Of a DNA stretch of 64,000 nt, positions 54,939 to 63,546 are shown piece by piece. Numbering within the stretch: position 1 is the stretch's first letter; the number at the start of each line of letters is the position of its first letter. The stretch is from Alphaproteobacteria bacterium. Lineage in GTDB: Bacteria > Pseudomonadota > Alphaproteobacteria > Micavibrionales > UBA2020. Location of the stretch: contig JAICWS010000004.1 in NCBI GenBank assembly GCA_025934695.1, forward strand, positions 26,666 to 90,665. The letters are read 5' to 3'. The notes beneath the pieces were generated by a model. The model saw only the letters and a list, made by a program, of their open reading frames with translations. It did not search any database and was not told the DNA's origin. The translations under genes were made by a program, and so were the position numbers.

Positions 54939-55868
54939 ATGGCCCAGGTTCAAAGATTTAAGGCATCCGCGCCGGTCGCAGAAATCAATCTCGCACTGGA
55001 GGACGACGGCTGCGTCGTCATCGAAGGGCTGCTCGAGGAGCGGCAGGTGCGCCAGTTGCAGGCGGAGATGCGAAAGAATTTCAATTCCATTCCCGTCTGC
55101 CAGGGAAATTTCTTTGGGTTCGCTACGAAGCGCATGAGCGGCATCATCGCGAAATCCGAAGTATCGCATGATATGGCGGTCAATCCGGCAATTCTAGGCG
55201 TAATGGATCATTTTCTGCTCAAATCCTGCCGCGAATATCAGCTGAATTTGACGCAGGCGATCCAGATATGGCCCGGTGAACCCGCGCAAATCATTCATAC
55301 GGACGAACTGCTGTTTCCGTTCGATCATCCTGGCGTGCAGGCCATGATCAACTGCATGTGGGCCGTGGATGACTTTACTGCCGATAACGGCGCCACACAT
55401 GTCGTGCCAGGTAGCCACAAGTGGCCCAAGGATCGCCAGCCCGAACCGCACGAAATTTGCCAAGGTGAAATGCCGGCAGGTTCGGTGCTGATTTATTTCG
55501 GCGGCCTTCTGCATGGCGGCGGTGCGAACACGACCGCCAGCACGCCGCGGACCGGCCTCGTCATCAGCTATAGCCTGGGGTGGCTGCGTCAGGCGGAAAA
55601 CCATTATCTCGCCGTGCCACGCGAGATTGCGCGCCAGCTGCCGAACCGGCTGCAGCGCCTGCTCGGCTATTTTGTGCATGAACCGAACGTCGGTTGCGTC
55701 GAAGGAAAGAACCCGATCAAGCTGCTGGAAGGCGAGAACATCGTCAACGGCCGCTTCGAGGAATTCATTCCCGCCGAAATCCAGCCGCTGCTGGAGGAGT
55801 ATCGCCAGAAGGCGACCTCCAGCCAGTTGCTAAACACGCGCGAACTTTACGAGAAGAAATCGGCGTAA
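54939..55868 (+). CDS. PhyH-family Fe(II)/2-oxoglutarate dioxygenase
   Basis: QIIHTD, NGATHVVPGSH, LHGGGAN, GWLRQAEN. Confidence 0.92.
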   Translation: MAQVQRFKASAPVAEINLALEDDGCVVIEGLLEERQVRQLQAEMRKNFNSIPVCQGNFFGFATKRMSGIIAKSEVSHDMAVNPAILGVMDHFLLKSCREYQLNLTQAIQIWPGEPAQIIHTDELLFPFDHPGVQAMINCMWAVDDFTADNGATHVVPGSHKWPKDRQPEPHEICQGEMPAGSVLIYFGGLLHGGGANTTASTPRTGLVISYSLGWLRQAENHYLAVPREIARQLPNRLQRLLGYFVHEPNVGCVEGKNPIKLLEGENIVNGRFEEFIPAEIQPLLEEYRQKATSSQLLNTRELYEKKSA

Positions 55869-55894
55869 CAGAGGCGCGGATTTTAATGAAGGTT

Positions 55895-55938
55895 AATGCG
55901 GCCGGCAGCCGAAAGACTGCCGGTCGCGTTCATTTTAT
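55895..55938 (+). terminator. Hairpin terminator after phyH-like gene
   Basis: Stem AATGCGGCCGGCAG / CTGCCGGTCGCGTT (with G-U pairs) followed by CATTTTAT. Confidence 0.65.
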
Positions 55939-55983
55939 ATACCTGAACTCAAAGACGAATTTGATGCGGACAGGCGCCCAAAT

Positions 55984-56012
55984 TTGACATAATTGAGGTT
56001 GTTTGATATTCT
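55984..56012 (+). promoter_or_regulatory. Sigma70-like promoter for cpaF
   Basis: TTGACA-N17-TATTCT. Confidence 0.6.
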
Positions 56013-56130
56013 GAGAGGGTAAGCGAAAAGCGCAATTTCAATCGAAAAATCAAAGAGTCACAGGAGAAGCCGTCAAATTAATCTTTCTTAATGCCGGAAA
56101 CACCGTCCAAAACCAAGAAAGAGCACCAAT

Positions 56131-57669
56131 ATGACGCCCGCCGAAGTCCAGACCGCCCCTAAGGAAAAAGCCTCGACCTCTTCCGCCGCGCCGACCTTTG
56201 GCCGTCGCAAAGCCATCGCACCACCCGCGTCGAAACCCGAAACGCCGCTGCCGTCGGTGCCGGAAAAACGCGACATCCAGAGCCTCATCGCCGCAACCAT
56301 GAATTATGCCGAAGCTTACGCGGGCAAGAACCCGACGCCGCACCTGACCAACGGCGAGCCGCGCATCGCCACGCTGGACGCCGACACGATGCTGTCGCCC
56401 CACCTTGAAATGGGCCTGTCGATCGCGTTGCAGGCCTTCAAAAACACTGTCGACGCCCGTCAGTTCGCGCGCCTGGGCCGCAAGGAGGCGCTCGCCGAAA
56501 TACAGCTCGTCGTTGAGCAGGTGGCCAAGCACCGCGACCTGGCGCTGTCCGTGGGCGAGATTGCGCGCCTGTCCAAGGCGCTCTCTGACGAAGTCCTGGG
56601 TCTCGGCCCCTTGGAGCCGCTGCTGGCCCGCGACGATATTTCCGAGATCATGGTGAACGGGCCCGACACCGTTTACATCGAAATCGACGGCATCGTCGAA
56701 AAATCGCAACTCTCGTTCCGCGACGAAGAACAGCTGGTGCAGATCTGCCAGCGCATCGCGCAGCGCGTCGGCCGCCACGTGGATGAGGCCATGCCGATGT
56801 GCGATGCCCGCCTGCATGACGGCAGCCGCGTGAATATCATCCTGCCGCCGCTGTCGCTGGGCGGCGCGACGCTGACCATCCGCAAGTTCAAGCGCGACAA
56901 GCTGACGCTCGACAAGCTGCTGGAGTTCGGCTCCATCGACCAGCTGGGCGCGGACCTGATCCGCCTGATCGCCGGCTGCCGCGTGAACACGATTGTTTCC
57001 GGCGGCACCGGCAGCGGCAAGACCACGATGCTGAACTGCCTGACCCGCTACATCCACCCGCGCGAGCGCATCGTCACTTGCGAAGACTCGGCCGAGCTGC
57101 AATTGCAGCAGCCGCATGTCGTGCGCCTCGAAACCCGCATGGCAAACCTGGAGGGCGCGGGCGAGGTCACCATGCGCGACCTAGTGCGCAACTGCCTGCG
57201 CATGCGCCCCGAGCGCATTATTGTCGGAGAGGTGCGCGGCCAGGAAGCCTTCGATCTCTTGCAGGCGATGAACACCGGCCATGACGGCTCCATGGGCACC
57301 GTGCATGCCAATACACCGCGCGACGCGCTCGACCGCATCGAAAGCATGGTCGCGATGAACCGCCTGAACATTCCCGCCGAAACCATCCGCCGCCAGATCG
57401 CCTCGTCGATCAACATCATCATCCAGGTTCAGCGCCTGCGCGACGGTTCGCGCAAGGTCATGAGCATCTCGGAAGTCACCGGCCTGGAAGGCGACATGAT
57501 CTCGATGCACGACCTGCTGACCTACGAGATCGACGGCGAGGACGAAAACGGCATGGTCACCGGCCGTTTCGTCGCCTCGGGCCTGCGCCCGCGCTTCTAT
57601 CCGAAGCTTAAGGAATTCGGCATGCAGCACCTGTATGACGCCATCATTGAGCAGTATCTGAAGAAGTGA
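56131..57669 (+). CDS. cpaF: Tad/Flp pilus assembly ATPase CpaF/TadA
   Basis: [65 protein letters not shown]. Confidence 0.95.
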   Translation: MTPAEVQTAPKEKASTSSAAPTFGRRKAIAPPASKPETPLPSVPEKRDIQSLIAATMNYAEAYAGKNPTPHLTNGEPRIATLDADTMLSPHLEMGLSIALQAFKNTVDARQFARLGRKEALAEIQLVVEQVAKHRDLALSVGEIARLSKALSDEVLGLGPLEPLLARDDISEIMVNGPDTVYIEIDGIVEKSQLSFRDEEQLVQICQRIAQRVGRHVDEAMPMCDARLHDGSRVNIILPPLSLGGATLTIRKFKRDKLTLDKLLEFGSIDQLGADLIRLIAGCRVNTIVSGGTGSGKTTMLNCLTRYIHPRERIVTCEDSAELQLQQPHVVRLETRMANLEGAGEVTMRDLVRNCLRMRPERIIVGEVRGQEAFDLLQAMNTGHDGSMGTVHANTPRDALDRIESMVAMNRLNIPAETIRRQIASSINIIIQVQRLRDGSRKVMSISEVTGLEGDMISMHDLLTYEIDGEDENGMVTGRFVASGLRPRFYPKLKEFGMQHLYDAIIEQYLKK

Positions 57670-57685
57670 CGGGGCCTCATATCGC

Positions 57686-57706
57686 CCGTCATCCCTGCGA
57701 AAGCGG
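57686..57706. repeat. Left fragment of a family B palindromic element
   Basis: CCGTCATCCCTGCGAAAGCGG, truncated abruptly into AT-rich sequence. Confidence 0.6.
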
Positions 57707-57749
57707 TAAATTTCGCGCCGTTGTTATAGAAACGCGTCTCTGGCGTTAA

Positions 57750-58448
57750 ATGCTGGATGTAATTTGGAATTCACTATGCTGCGACAAAGGATTGCTGCGG
57801 CGACGAAGGTTGTGGGATAATTCTGTCGATATGAATCTTAGAAATCTCCGCGACGAAGATGTGACGATTGAAAAGCTGTTACCAAAAGCAGCGTATGGAG
57901 ATTTTTTTGCTCTCCTTAATCTCGCAGCGCTCCACAATATTGCTCGAAATTGGGAGCAGGCTTATTTCTGGGGAGGTCTATACCATCGCGAAAAATATCC
58001 CGAAACGAAAGAATATAATCTCGATTATCTGGGCGCTACCCATTTGACCACCGAGCAAAAAGTCGTTTTGGACAAAAAAATCGAAGAGTGGGAGCCAGCG
58101 CCGATCCCTGACGACGTCAAGCAAGCGCTTTCGGATTTGCAGGCCCATGCGGCGCGGGGGGATCCTAAAGCCCTGTTCGACCTAGGTATGGAAATGACGT
58201 GGCCGGATGAATACTGGTCAGGCTGGGGGATCGAGAGGAATACAACCGAAGCTATCAAATTGTGGGAACGCGCCGCGACACAGGGTTATATCGAAGCGCA
58301 GTTTGAATTGGGTGAAGTTTACTCCAAGGGGCTGGGGGCGAGACCTGATATCCTAACGGCGATAAAATGGTACCGCATGGCCGCCGCGCAGGGGCATGAA
58401 GAGGCACAGACCAATCTCGACCTCTTGAAGCGAAATGGCTACGAATGA
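57750..58448 (+). CDS. Sel1-like repeat protein
   Basis: ALFDLG, AIKLWERAATQG, AQFELGEVYSKGLG, AIKWYRMAAAQGHEEAQ; visibly more AT-rich than its neighbours. Start may be ATG 57831. Confidence 0.8.
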   Translation: MLDVIWNSLCCDKGLLRRRRLWDNSVDMNLRNLRDEDVTIEKLLPKAAYGDFFALLNLAALHNIARNWEQAYFWGGLYHREKYPETKEYNLDYLGATHLTTEQKVVLDKKIEEWEPAPIPDDVKQALSDLQAHAARGDPKALFDLGMEMTWPDEYWSGWGIERNTTEAIKLWERAATQGYIEAQFELGEVYSKGLGARPDILTAIKWYRMAAAQGHEEAQTNLDLLKRNGYE

Positions 58449-58469
58449 CCGCAGCCCCGGCGACGGGCC

Positions 58470-58546
58470 CCCTGCGAAGGCGGGAATCTCGAGCCTCAGG
58501 ACCGTACTCGTCCTTCACGGGATCCCCGCTTCCGCGGGGATGACGG
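58470..58546. repeat. Right part of a family B palindromic element
   Basis: CCCTGCGAAGGCGGGAATCTC ... GGGATCCCCGCTTCCGCGGGGATGACGG; lacks the left GTCAT terminus. Confidence 0.75.
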
Positions 58547-58647
58547 CTTGTGTTGAGCTGGCAACCCCTTGTTTTTCCGCACTAAATTTGTTATGACAAT
58601 GGACGCTTTTTTCTGCTATTGATGGACGGTCAACGGCAGCAGGCGGC

Positions 58648-60033
58648 ATGAAAGTCAAAGTCATCAATCCCCCGAACGATCCGTTCAGTTCGCGCGGCAT
58701 CCTGATCGAGCCGATCGATGCGCTCAATGTCGCGTCCTTCATCGCGGGGCTGGGGCACGAGGTGGAGCTCGTCGACATGGATATCCGCCGCATGCCGGCG
58801 AACGATTACACGCGGGCGCTGCGCGGCGGCGCGGCCTATGATCTTGCCGTCATCGTCCACGATTATCACATTCCGCTGCACCAGGATGGCGCGCTCGCGT
58901 CCGTGAAGGAAATCGCGCGGCAGGCAAAGGCGCACGGCGCGGCGGTCGTCGCGGGCGGCAAGGCCGCGACTTACCGGCCCGAAAAATTGCTGGACGACGG
59001 CTGCATTCGTGCCGCCATCCAGCACGAAATGGAACCGGCGCTGGAATCATTGTTGCTGGCGGACGACTGGACTGACGCGGGGCTTCGCGATGTTTCCGGT
59101 ATCGCGTTCCGGTCGGCGGACGGGAACATCGTTTCTTCTTCGCGCGACAAAACCGCCTTCGACCTTGCGCGGCTGCCGATCCCCGACCGCGGGCTGGTGG
59201 CGCTGGGCGAATATATCGACGTGCGCACGATATTGTCGAGCCGCGGCTGTCATATGACCTGCGGTTTCTGCCACGTGCCCGGCTTCTGGGGCGGCTGGCG
59301 GGGGCGCAGCGCCGCATCGGTGGTCCATGAAATAGAAACGCTCCTCGCACAGCATGGGGCGAAGAAAATCTTGTTCCTAGACGACAATGCGACGGTGAGC
59401 AAGAAACGTATGAAGGAAATCTGCCGCGGCGTGCGCGAGCGTGGCATCCGCGTGGCGATGGGTTGTCTTGGCTCCCTGTCGCTGTACGACCGCGGCATGA
59501 TGGAAGACATGTACGCCGCCGGCTTCCGCTGGATCCATTACGGCGTCGAAAGTGGCGACGACGGACAGCTCGGCGCTATTCACAAGAAAATCTCTGCCTC
59601 GGAGGCGCGGCGGATCGTCGCGGAAACGCGCGGCATCGGCTTCCGCGTGCGCACGAGCTGGATCATGGACCTGCCCGACGCCACGGAGGATCAACTGAAG
59701 CGCACGGCGGATATGATCCTCGAGACGCGGACGGAAGAAATCCGCCTTCACCATCTGGCGCTGCGCATGGGCAGCCGGTTTTACGACGATTACCCGGCGC
59801 AGCCGTCCAGCCAATATATCCACCACGGACGCCAGAACCAGAACCTGTCGCGCATGGAAGACGGCAGGGTCGCCGACATCGTGTCGGCATTGACGCGCGA
59901 ACTGGCGTCGTCCCACGCCGTGGTCACAAATCCGGATGAATTTATCGACATGGATGCGCTGCAAAGCCGCAGCCGCAACCTTCAGATCGCATCTTTGTGC
60001 CCCCTGCGCTACGGGCTGGGGTGGCAGGCATGA
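58648..60033 (+). CDS. Cobalamin-binding radical SAM enzyme
   Basis: N-terminal B12-binding domain (VINPP, VDMD, VVAGG); SRGCHMTCGFC; FLDDN; GVESG. Confidence 0.92.
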   Translation: MKVKVINPPNDPFSSRGILIEPIDALNVASFIAGLGHEVELVDMDIRRMPANDYTRALRGGAAYDLAVIVHDYHIPLHQDGALASVKEIARQAKAHGAAVVAGGKAATYRPEKLLDDGCIRAAIQHEMEPALESLLLADDWTDAGLRDVSGIAFRSADGNIVSSSRDKTAFDLARLPIPDRGLVALGEYIDVRTILSSRGCHMTCGFCHVPGFWGGWRGRSAASVVHEIETLLAQHGAKKILFLDDNATVSKKRMKEICRGVRERGIRVAMGCLGSLSLYDRGMMEDMYAAGFRWIHYGVESGDDGQLGAIHKKISASEARRIVAETRGIGFRVRTSWIMDLPDATEDQLKRTADMILETRTEEIRLHHLALRMGSRFYDDYPAQPSSQYIHHGRQNQNLSRMEDGRVADIVSALTRELASSHAVVTNPDEFIDMDALQSRSRNLQIASLCPLRYGLGWQA

Positions 60034-60653
60034 CGCTCGCGCTTGGCATCACCGGGCAGATGGGCACCGGCAAGACCTGGCTGGTGAACGCTTTTGCGTC
60101 TTACCTGAAGCAGAAAGACACGCCGGTGAAGATCGTTTCGGTCGACGAGATCCGCCGCCGCCTGATGACCACCTCGCCGCGCCATGCGGATTTGCGCGCC
60201 CAGGTGTCGAAACATTTCGGTTTGCCGCTGGGTGCTGAAGGCGGCTTCGACCTGCAAAAGCTGGCGGCCGCTATTTTCGGGCTCCCGCAGGGGCGCGAGG
60301 AATTCTGGGCGATTGCCGGCACCGGCATCCTGGCGGCGGCGCGCGGCGAAATGGTGGGCACCGGCGTGCGCCTGCTGGAATGGGCGCGGCTGATTGAGGA
60401 CGGGTTTCTGCCGCTGGTCGACCGCGTGATCGTCACAAGCTGCAGCGCGGACACGCAGCGGAAAAGGCTGGACGGCGGCGACCTGCCGCCGGAGCAGGTG
60501 CAAAAGCGCCTGCTGCTGCAAATGAAGGCCGATGACATGGCGGAGGCCTTGTCCATCCACGGCATGAAATTCCGCCTGTTCGACACGACGGCGTGCCCTG
60601 CCGCCGAGGCTTATCACCGGCTCTGCGACGAGGCGCTGCATGAAACCGCGTGA
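60030..60653 (+). CDS. Dephospho-CoA-kinase-like P-loop kinase
   Basis: GITGQMGTGKT, KLAAAIFG, VDRVIV, QRKRL..QKRLLLQ; ATGA overlap with the upstream gene. Confidence 0.8.
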   Translation: MTLALGITGQMGTGKTWLVNAFASYLKQKDTPVKIVSVDEIRRRLMTTSPRHADLRAQVSKHFGLPLGAEGGFDLQKLAAAIFGLPQGREEFWAIAGTGILAAARGEMVGTGVRLLEWARLIEDGFLPLVDRVIVTSCSADTQRKRLDGGDLPPEQVQKRLLLQMKADDMAEALSIHGMKFRLFDTTACPAAEAYHRLCDEALHETA

Positions 60654-62568
60654 ATTCGCGGCGCCTGTTGCGCCCGTTTCTGAATTCGACCCCGACGTGT
60701 CGTTCTGCCTGTTCCGTATCCCCAAACAGGGTGGCCGCGTGATCTGGGAGGTGACGAACACCTGCAATTACGGTTGCCGCTATTGCATCTTCAGCTCCAC
60801 GCCGCGCCAGCAGAAGGACGAGCTGGACAGCGCCAAGGTCTTCGACACGATCACGGCGCTGCGCGACAATGGTTTCACGCATGTGAAGATCACTGGCGGC
60901 GAGCCCTTTACCCGTCCTGACATCATGGACATCTTGCGCGCCTGCCGTACTGCGGGGCTGAAGACCGATATTTCCACCAATGCCTCGATGATCAGCCGCG
61001 AGACGGCTGCGGAGCTTGCGGCCCTCGATCTTGAAATGGTGCATGTCAGCATCGACGGCAGCACGAAAGAAATGCATGAGGCGGTGCGCGGCAAGCGGAC
61101 GTGGGAGCCGACGCTGGACGGGCTGCGGCATCTGGCCGCCGCCAATATCCGTTTGCGTGCGGGCTGCGTTGTCTATATGGGCAATGAAAACGATTTAACC
61201 GCTATCGCGTCATTCTGTGCCGATGAGGGCTGCGACCAGGTGATTTTCTCGCGTATGGAGCCGGTCGGGCGCATGCGCGGAAGGGAAGAGCTTGTTTCCA
61301 CCCTGTCGAATGCAGAAATGCAGGAGCGTGTGACGCAGGCGGCGCAGGCCATGGCCGGGCGCATCAGGGTCAGCGGCAGCTTTGCCGAACCCACCGCGGG
61401 CGGCTGCGCCGCTTGTCCGGGCGGTGAGCGGTTCCTGTTCATTGACCACAAAGGCCGCGTGTCGCCCTGCACCTGGGTCGCCGAGCGCAAGCCCGAATAC
61501 AGGGCTGCGAAGACACTGCATGATTGCAGCCTTTCCGACATTCTCTGCGGCAAAGAGAACCAGCACTTTCGCGGACTGGTGACGGGCTTACGCGATGCCG
61601 GCCTCAACCGCTGCCCGATGCGGGCAGTGCCGGATGTCGAGGAGGCCAAGCGGGCGCAGAAGCTATTCAGCGGCGACTTGGACGCGAATCTCTCGGCGGG
61701 TGGAAAATTCTCGCCGATCAGCCCTGTCTATGCCTTCGCGACCGAAAATATCGGCGGGTATTTTCCCAACATCGATTTCCGCGACAAGGCCGTCCTAACG
61801 GTGGCGAGTTCCGGCGACCATGCGATCAATGCCTTTGCCGCAGGAGCCGCCGAGGTAACCTGTTTCGATCTCGACCACCTCAGCCGTCCCATGGTGGAAC
61901 TGAAATTAGCGATGCTTCAGGCCCTGGAGCTGGAAAACTATTGCCGCTTTTTTCTGCAAGGGCCGGAGGCTTTCGACTTTGAGGTTTATAAGGACTTGCG
62001 GAAACGGCTTCCGCTGGCGGCGCGCTATTTCTGGGACCGGGCCTATGACTATTTCAACGGAGACGGCGCTGCATTGCGCGCCTCATCCCTGTTCCGGGAC
62101 CGCCACGACCCGCGCGATGCGGCAGACCTGTCGGCAAATGCGCTGAAGAATAATCCCTATCTTACTTTTGTCGAGACATTCGCTGGCGCACAGGCGGCAT
62201 GCCGGGGCAGGCATGTTCGCTTTATCCAGTCGGATGTGACAATGCTGGCGGAGAAGCTGACGGCGCCCTACGATATCATTCTTCTCTCGAACCTGTCGGA
62301 TTACGCACATAAGATGTTCGAAGGCGACTGCCTCACGGAATATCAGAAGCAAATCGTCGAGCCGTTGGCCAAACGCCTCGCGCCAGGTGGGATGATAGCC
62401 TTTGGCTATGTCTATGACGTGCTCGACCTGCATGGTTCGAAAGCGCGCAGCCCGGTCAACGATCCGGCCGCGCGGCGGCAGGCCTTTGGCGACCACATCG
62501 AAATAGAAATTCCCAGCACCATCGACGCAGGCAACCACGATACGGTGCTGTTCCGGAGGTCCGCGTGA
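60640..62568 (+). CDS. Radical SAM (twitch/SPASM) enzyme fused to a BtaA/DUF3419-like SAM-dependent domain
   Basis: CNYGCRYC, TGGEP, STN, VSIDG, CPGG..FIDHKGRVSPC; then VLTVASSGDHA, FDL, ELKLA, LLSNLSDY. Confidence 0.88.
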   Translation: MKPREFAAPVAPVSEFDPDVSFCLFRIPKQGGRVIWEVTNTCNYGCRYCIFSSTPRQQKDELDSAKVFDTITALRDNGFTHVKITGGEPFTRPDIMDILRACRTAGLKTDISTNASMISRETAAELAALDLEMVHVSIDGSTKEMHEAVRGKRTWEPTLDGLRHLAAANIRLRAGCVVYMGNENDLTAIASFCADEGCDQVIFSRMEPVGRMRGREELVSTLSNAEMQERVTQAAQAMAGRIRVSGSFAEPTAGGCAACPGGERFLFIDHKGRVSPCTWVAERKPEYRAAKTLHDCSLSDILCGKENQHFRGLVTGLRDAGLNRCPMRAVPDVEEAKRAQKLFSGDLDANLSAGGKFSPISPVYAFATENIGGYFPNIDFRDKAVLTVASSGDHAINAFAAGAAEVTCFDLDHLSRPMVELKLAMLQALELENYCRFFLQGPEAFDFEVYKDLRKRLPLAARYFWDRAYDYFNGDGAALRASSLFRDRHDPRDAADLSANALKNNPYLTFVETFAGAQAACRGRHVRFIQSDVTMLAEKLTAPYDIILLSNLSDYAHKMFEGDCLTEYQKQIVEPLAKRLAPGGMIAFGYVYDVLDLHGSKARSPVNDPAARRQAFGDHIEIEIPSTIDAGNHDTVLFRRSA

Positions 62569-63245
62569 AGAACCTCCAGGAAAAATCCCCGATCTATTAC
62601 GCGGAGGCGGATATATATGACGCTTTCGCGCAGGCCGAGGATGCGGAAGGACTGGTCCTGCAGGCTCTGCAGCCGCTTGTCGCCGGGAAGCGGGTGCTCG
62701 ACCTCGGCTGCGGCACGGGAAAGTATGTCGAATTGCTCGCACCGCATGCAGCGCATATCATCGGTCTCGACGCCGCGCCCGCGCAGCTGGCCATCGCGAG
62801 GCGCCGGGCGGACGGCTTGCGCAACGTCGACTTCGCCCTGGGCGATGCGCTGGATGCATCGCTGCCGAAAGAGAAATATGATATCGTCCTTGCCTGCTGG
62901 ATGCTGGGCACCGTTGCCGATAAAGCAAAGCGCGCCGCAATCCTGCGCCGCATGGAAAAGCTCGCCCCGCATATCGTGCTGGTCGAAAATGCTGAAGGCA
63001 GCGAATTCGAGGCCGTTCGCGGACGCGTGAACGATCCGCGGCGACGCACGCGGCGTTACAATGAATGGCTAATCGGACAGGGATTTCGTGAAACCGACCG
63101 GCTCGAGGCACTGTTTGAATTCAGAACAGTCGATGAGGCGCGGAATATCTTCGCCGCCATCTGGGGCGAGGATAAACGCCCGCTTTTGACCGCCAGGCAT
63201 ATCGGTCATAAAATCGCGATATATCAGAAGAGGATAGGCATTTGA
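62565..63245 (+). CDS. Class I SAM-dependent methyltransferase
   Basis: VLDLGCGTG, IGLD, GDA, YDIVL; GTGA overlap with the upstream gene. Confidence 0.92.
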   Translation: MKNLQEKSPIYYAEADIYDAFAQAEDAEGLVLQALQPLVAGKRVLDLGCGTGKYVELLAPHAAHIIGLDAAPAQLAIARRRADGLRNVDFALGDALDASLPKEKYDIVLACWMLGTVADKAKRAAILRRMEKLAPHIVLVENAEGSEFEAVRGRVNDPRRRTRRYNEWLIGQGFRETDRLEALFEFRTVDEARNIFAAIWGEDKRPLLTARHIGHKIAIYQKRIGI

Positions 63246-63275
63246 TTGACGGCGCTTGCCGCGATTGAATACAAT
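63246..63275 (+). promoter_or_regulatory. Sigma70-like promoter
   Basis: TTGACG-N18-TACAAT upstream of the 77-aa ORF. Confidence 0.5.
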
Positions 63276-63312
63276 AAAAGAACACTAAACACGGCAAAGG
63301 GCGAGGATTTCC

Positions 63313-63546
63313 ATGTCAGAGAATTTATCCAGCGGATCGAGCGGCAGCGAAAATCTTGTCTCTCCGCCGCCGCGCCAGGCGCGGCCACCGGCGCAACCCG
63401 CGCCGCGCCGGAACCTTTCCGTGGCTCGCCCTGCGGATACCCCGAAGCAATCTGGCTCTTCGATGGCCGATGAGAAGGCGAAGCTGCTGAAGAAGATGAA
63501 GGCCAGCAAGCCGGCGGGCCTCAAGGACAATAAGAAACAAGATTGA
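63313..63546 (+). CDS. 77-aa low-complexity peptide (Ser/Pro/Lys-rich), possible ATP-grasp substrate
   Basis: GAGG RBS; SENL twice; stop TGA overlaps the TTG start of the ATP-grasp gene. Confidence 0.6.
   Translation: MSENLSSGSSGSENLVSPPPRQARPPAQPAPRRNLSVARPADTPKQSGSSMADEKAKLLKKMKASKPAGLKDNKKQD

Noticed and set aside
60640-61650. Prokaryotic viperin (rSAM next to a kinase)
   Set aside because: CNYGCRYC is superficially similar, but the protein has a twitch/SPASM Cys motif and a BtaA-like fusion and lacks viperin-type surrounding motifs.
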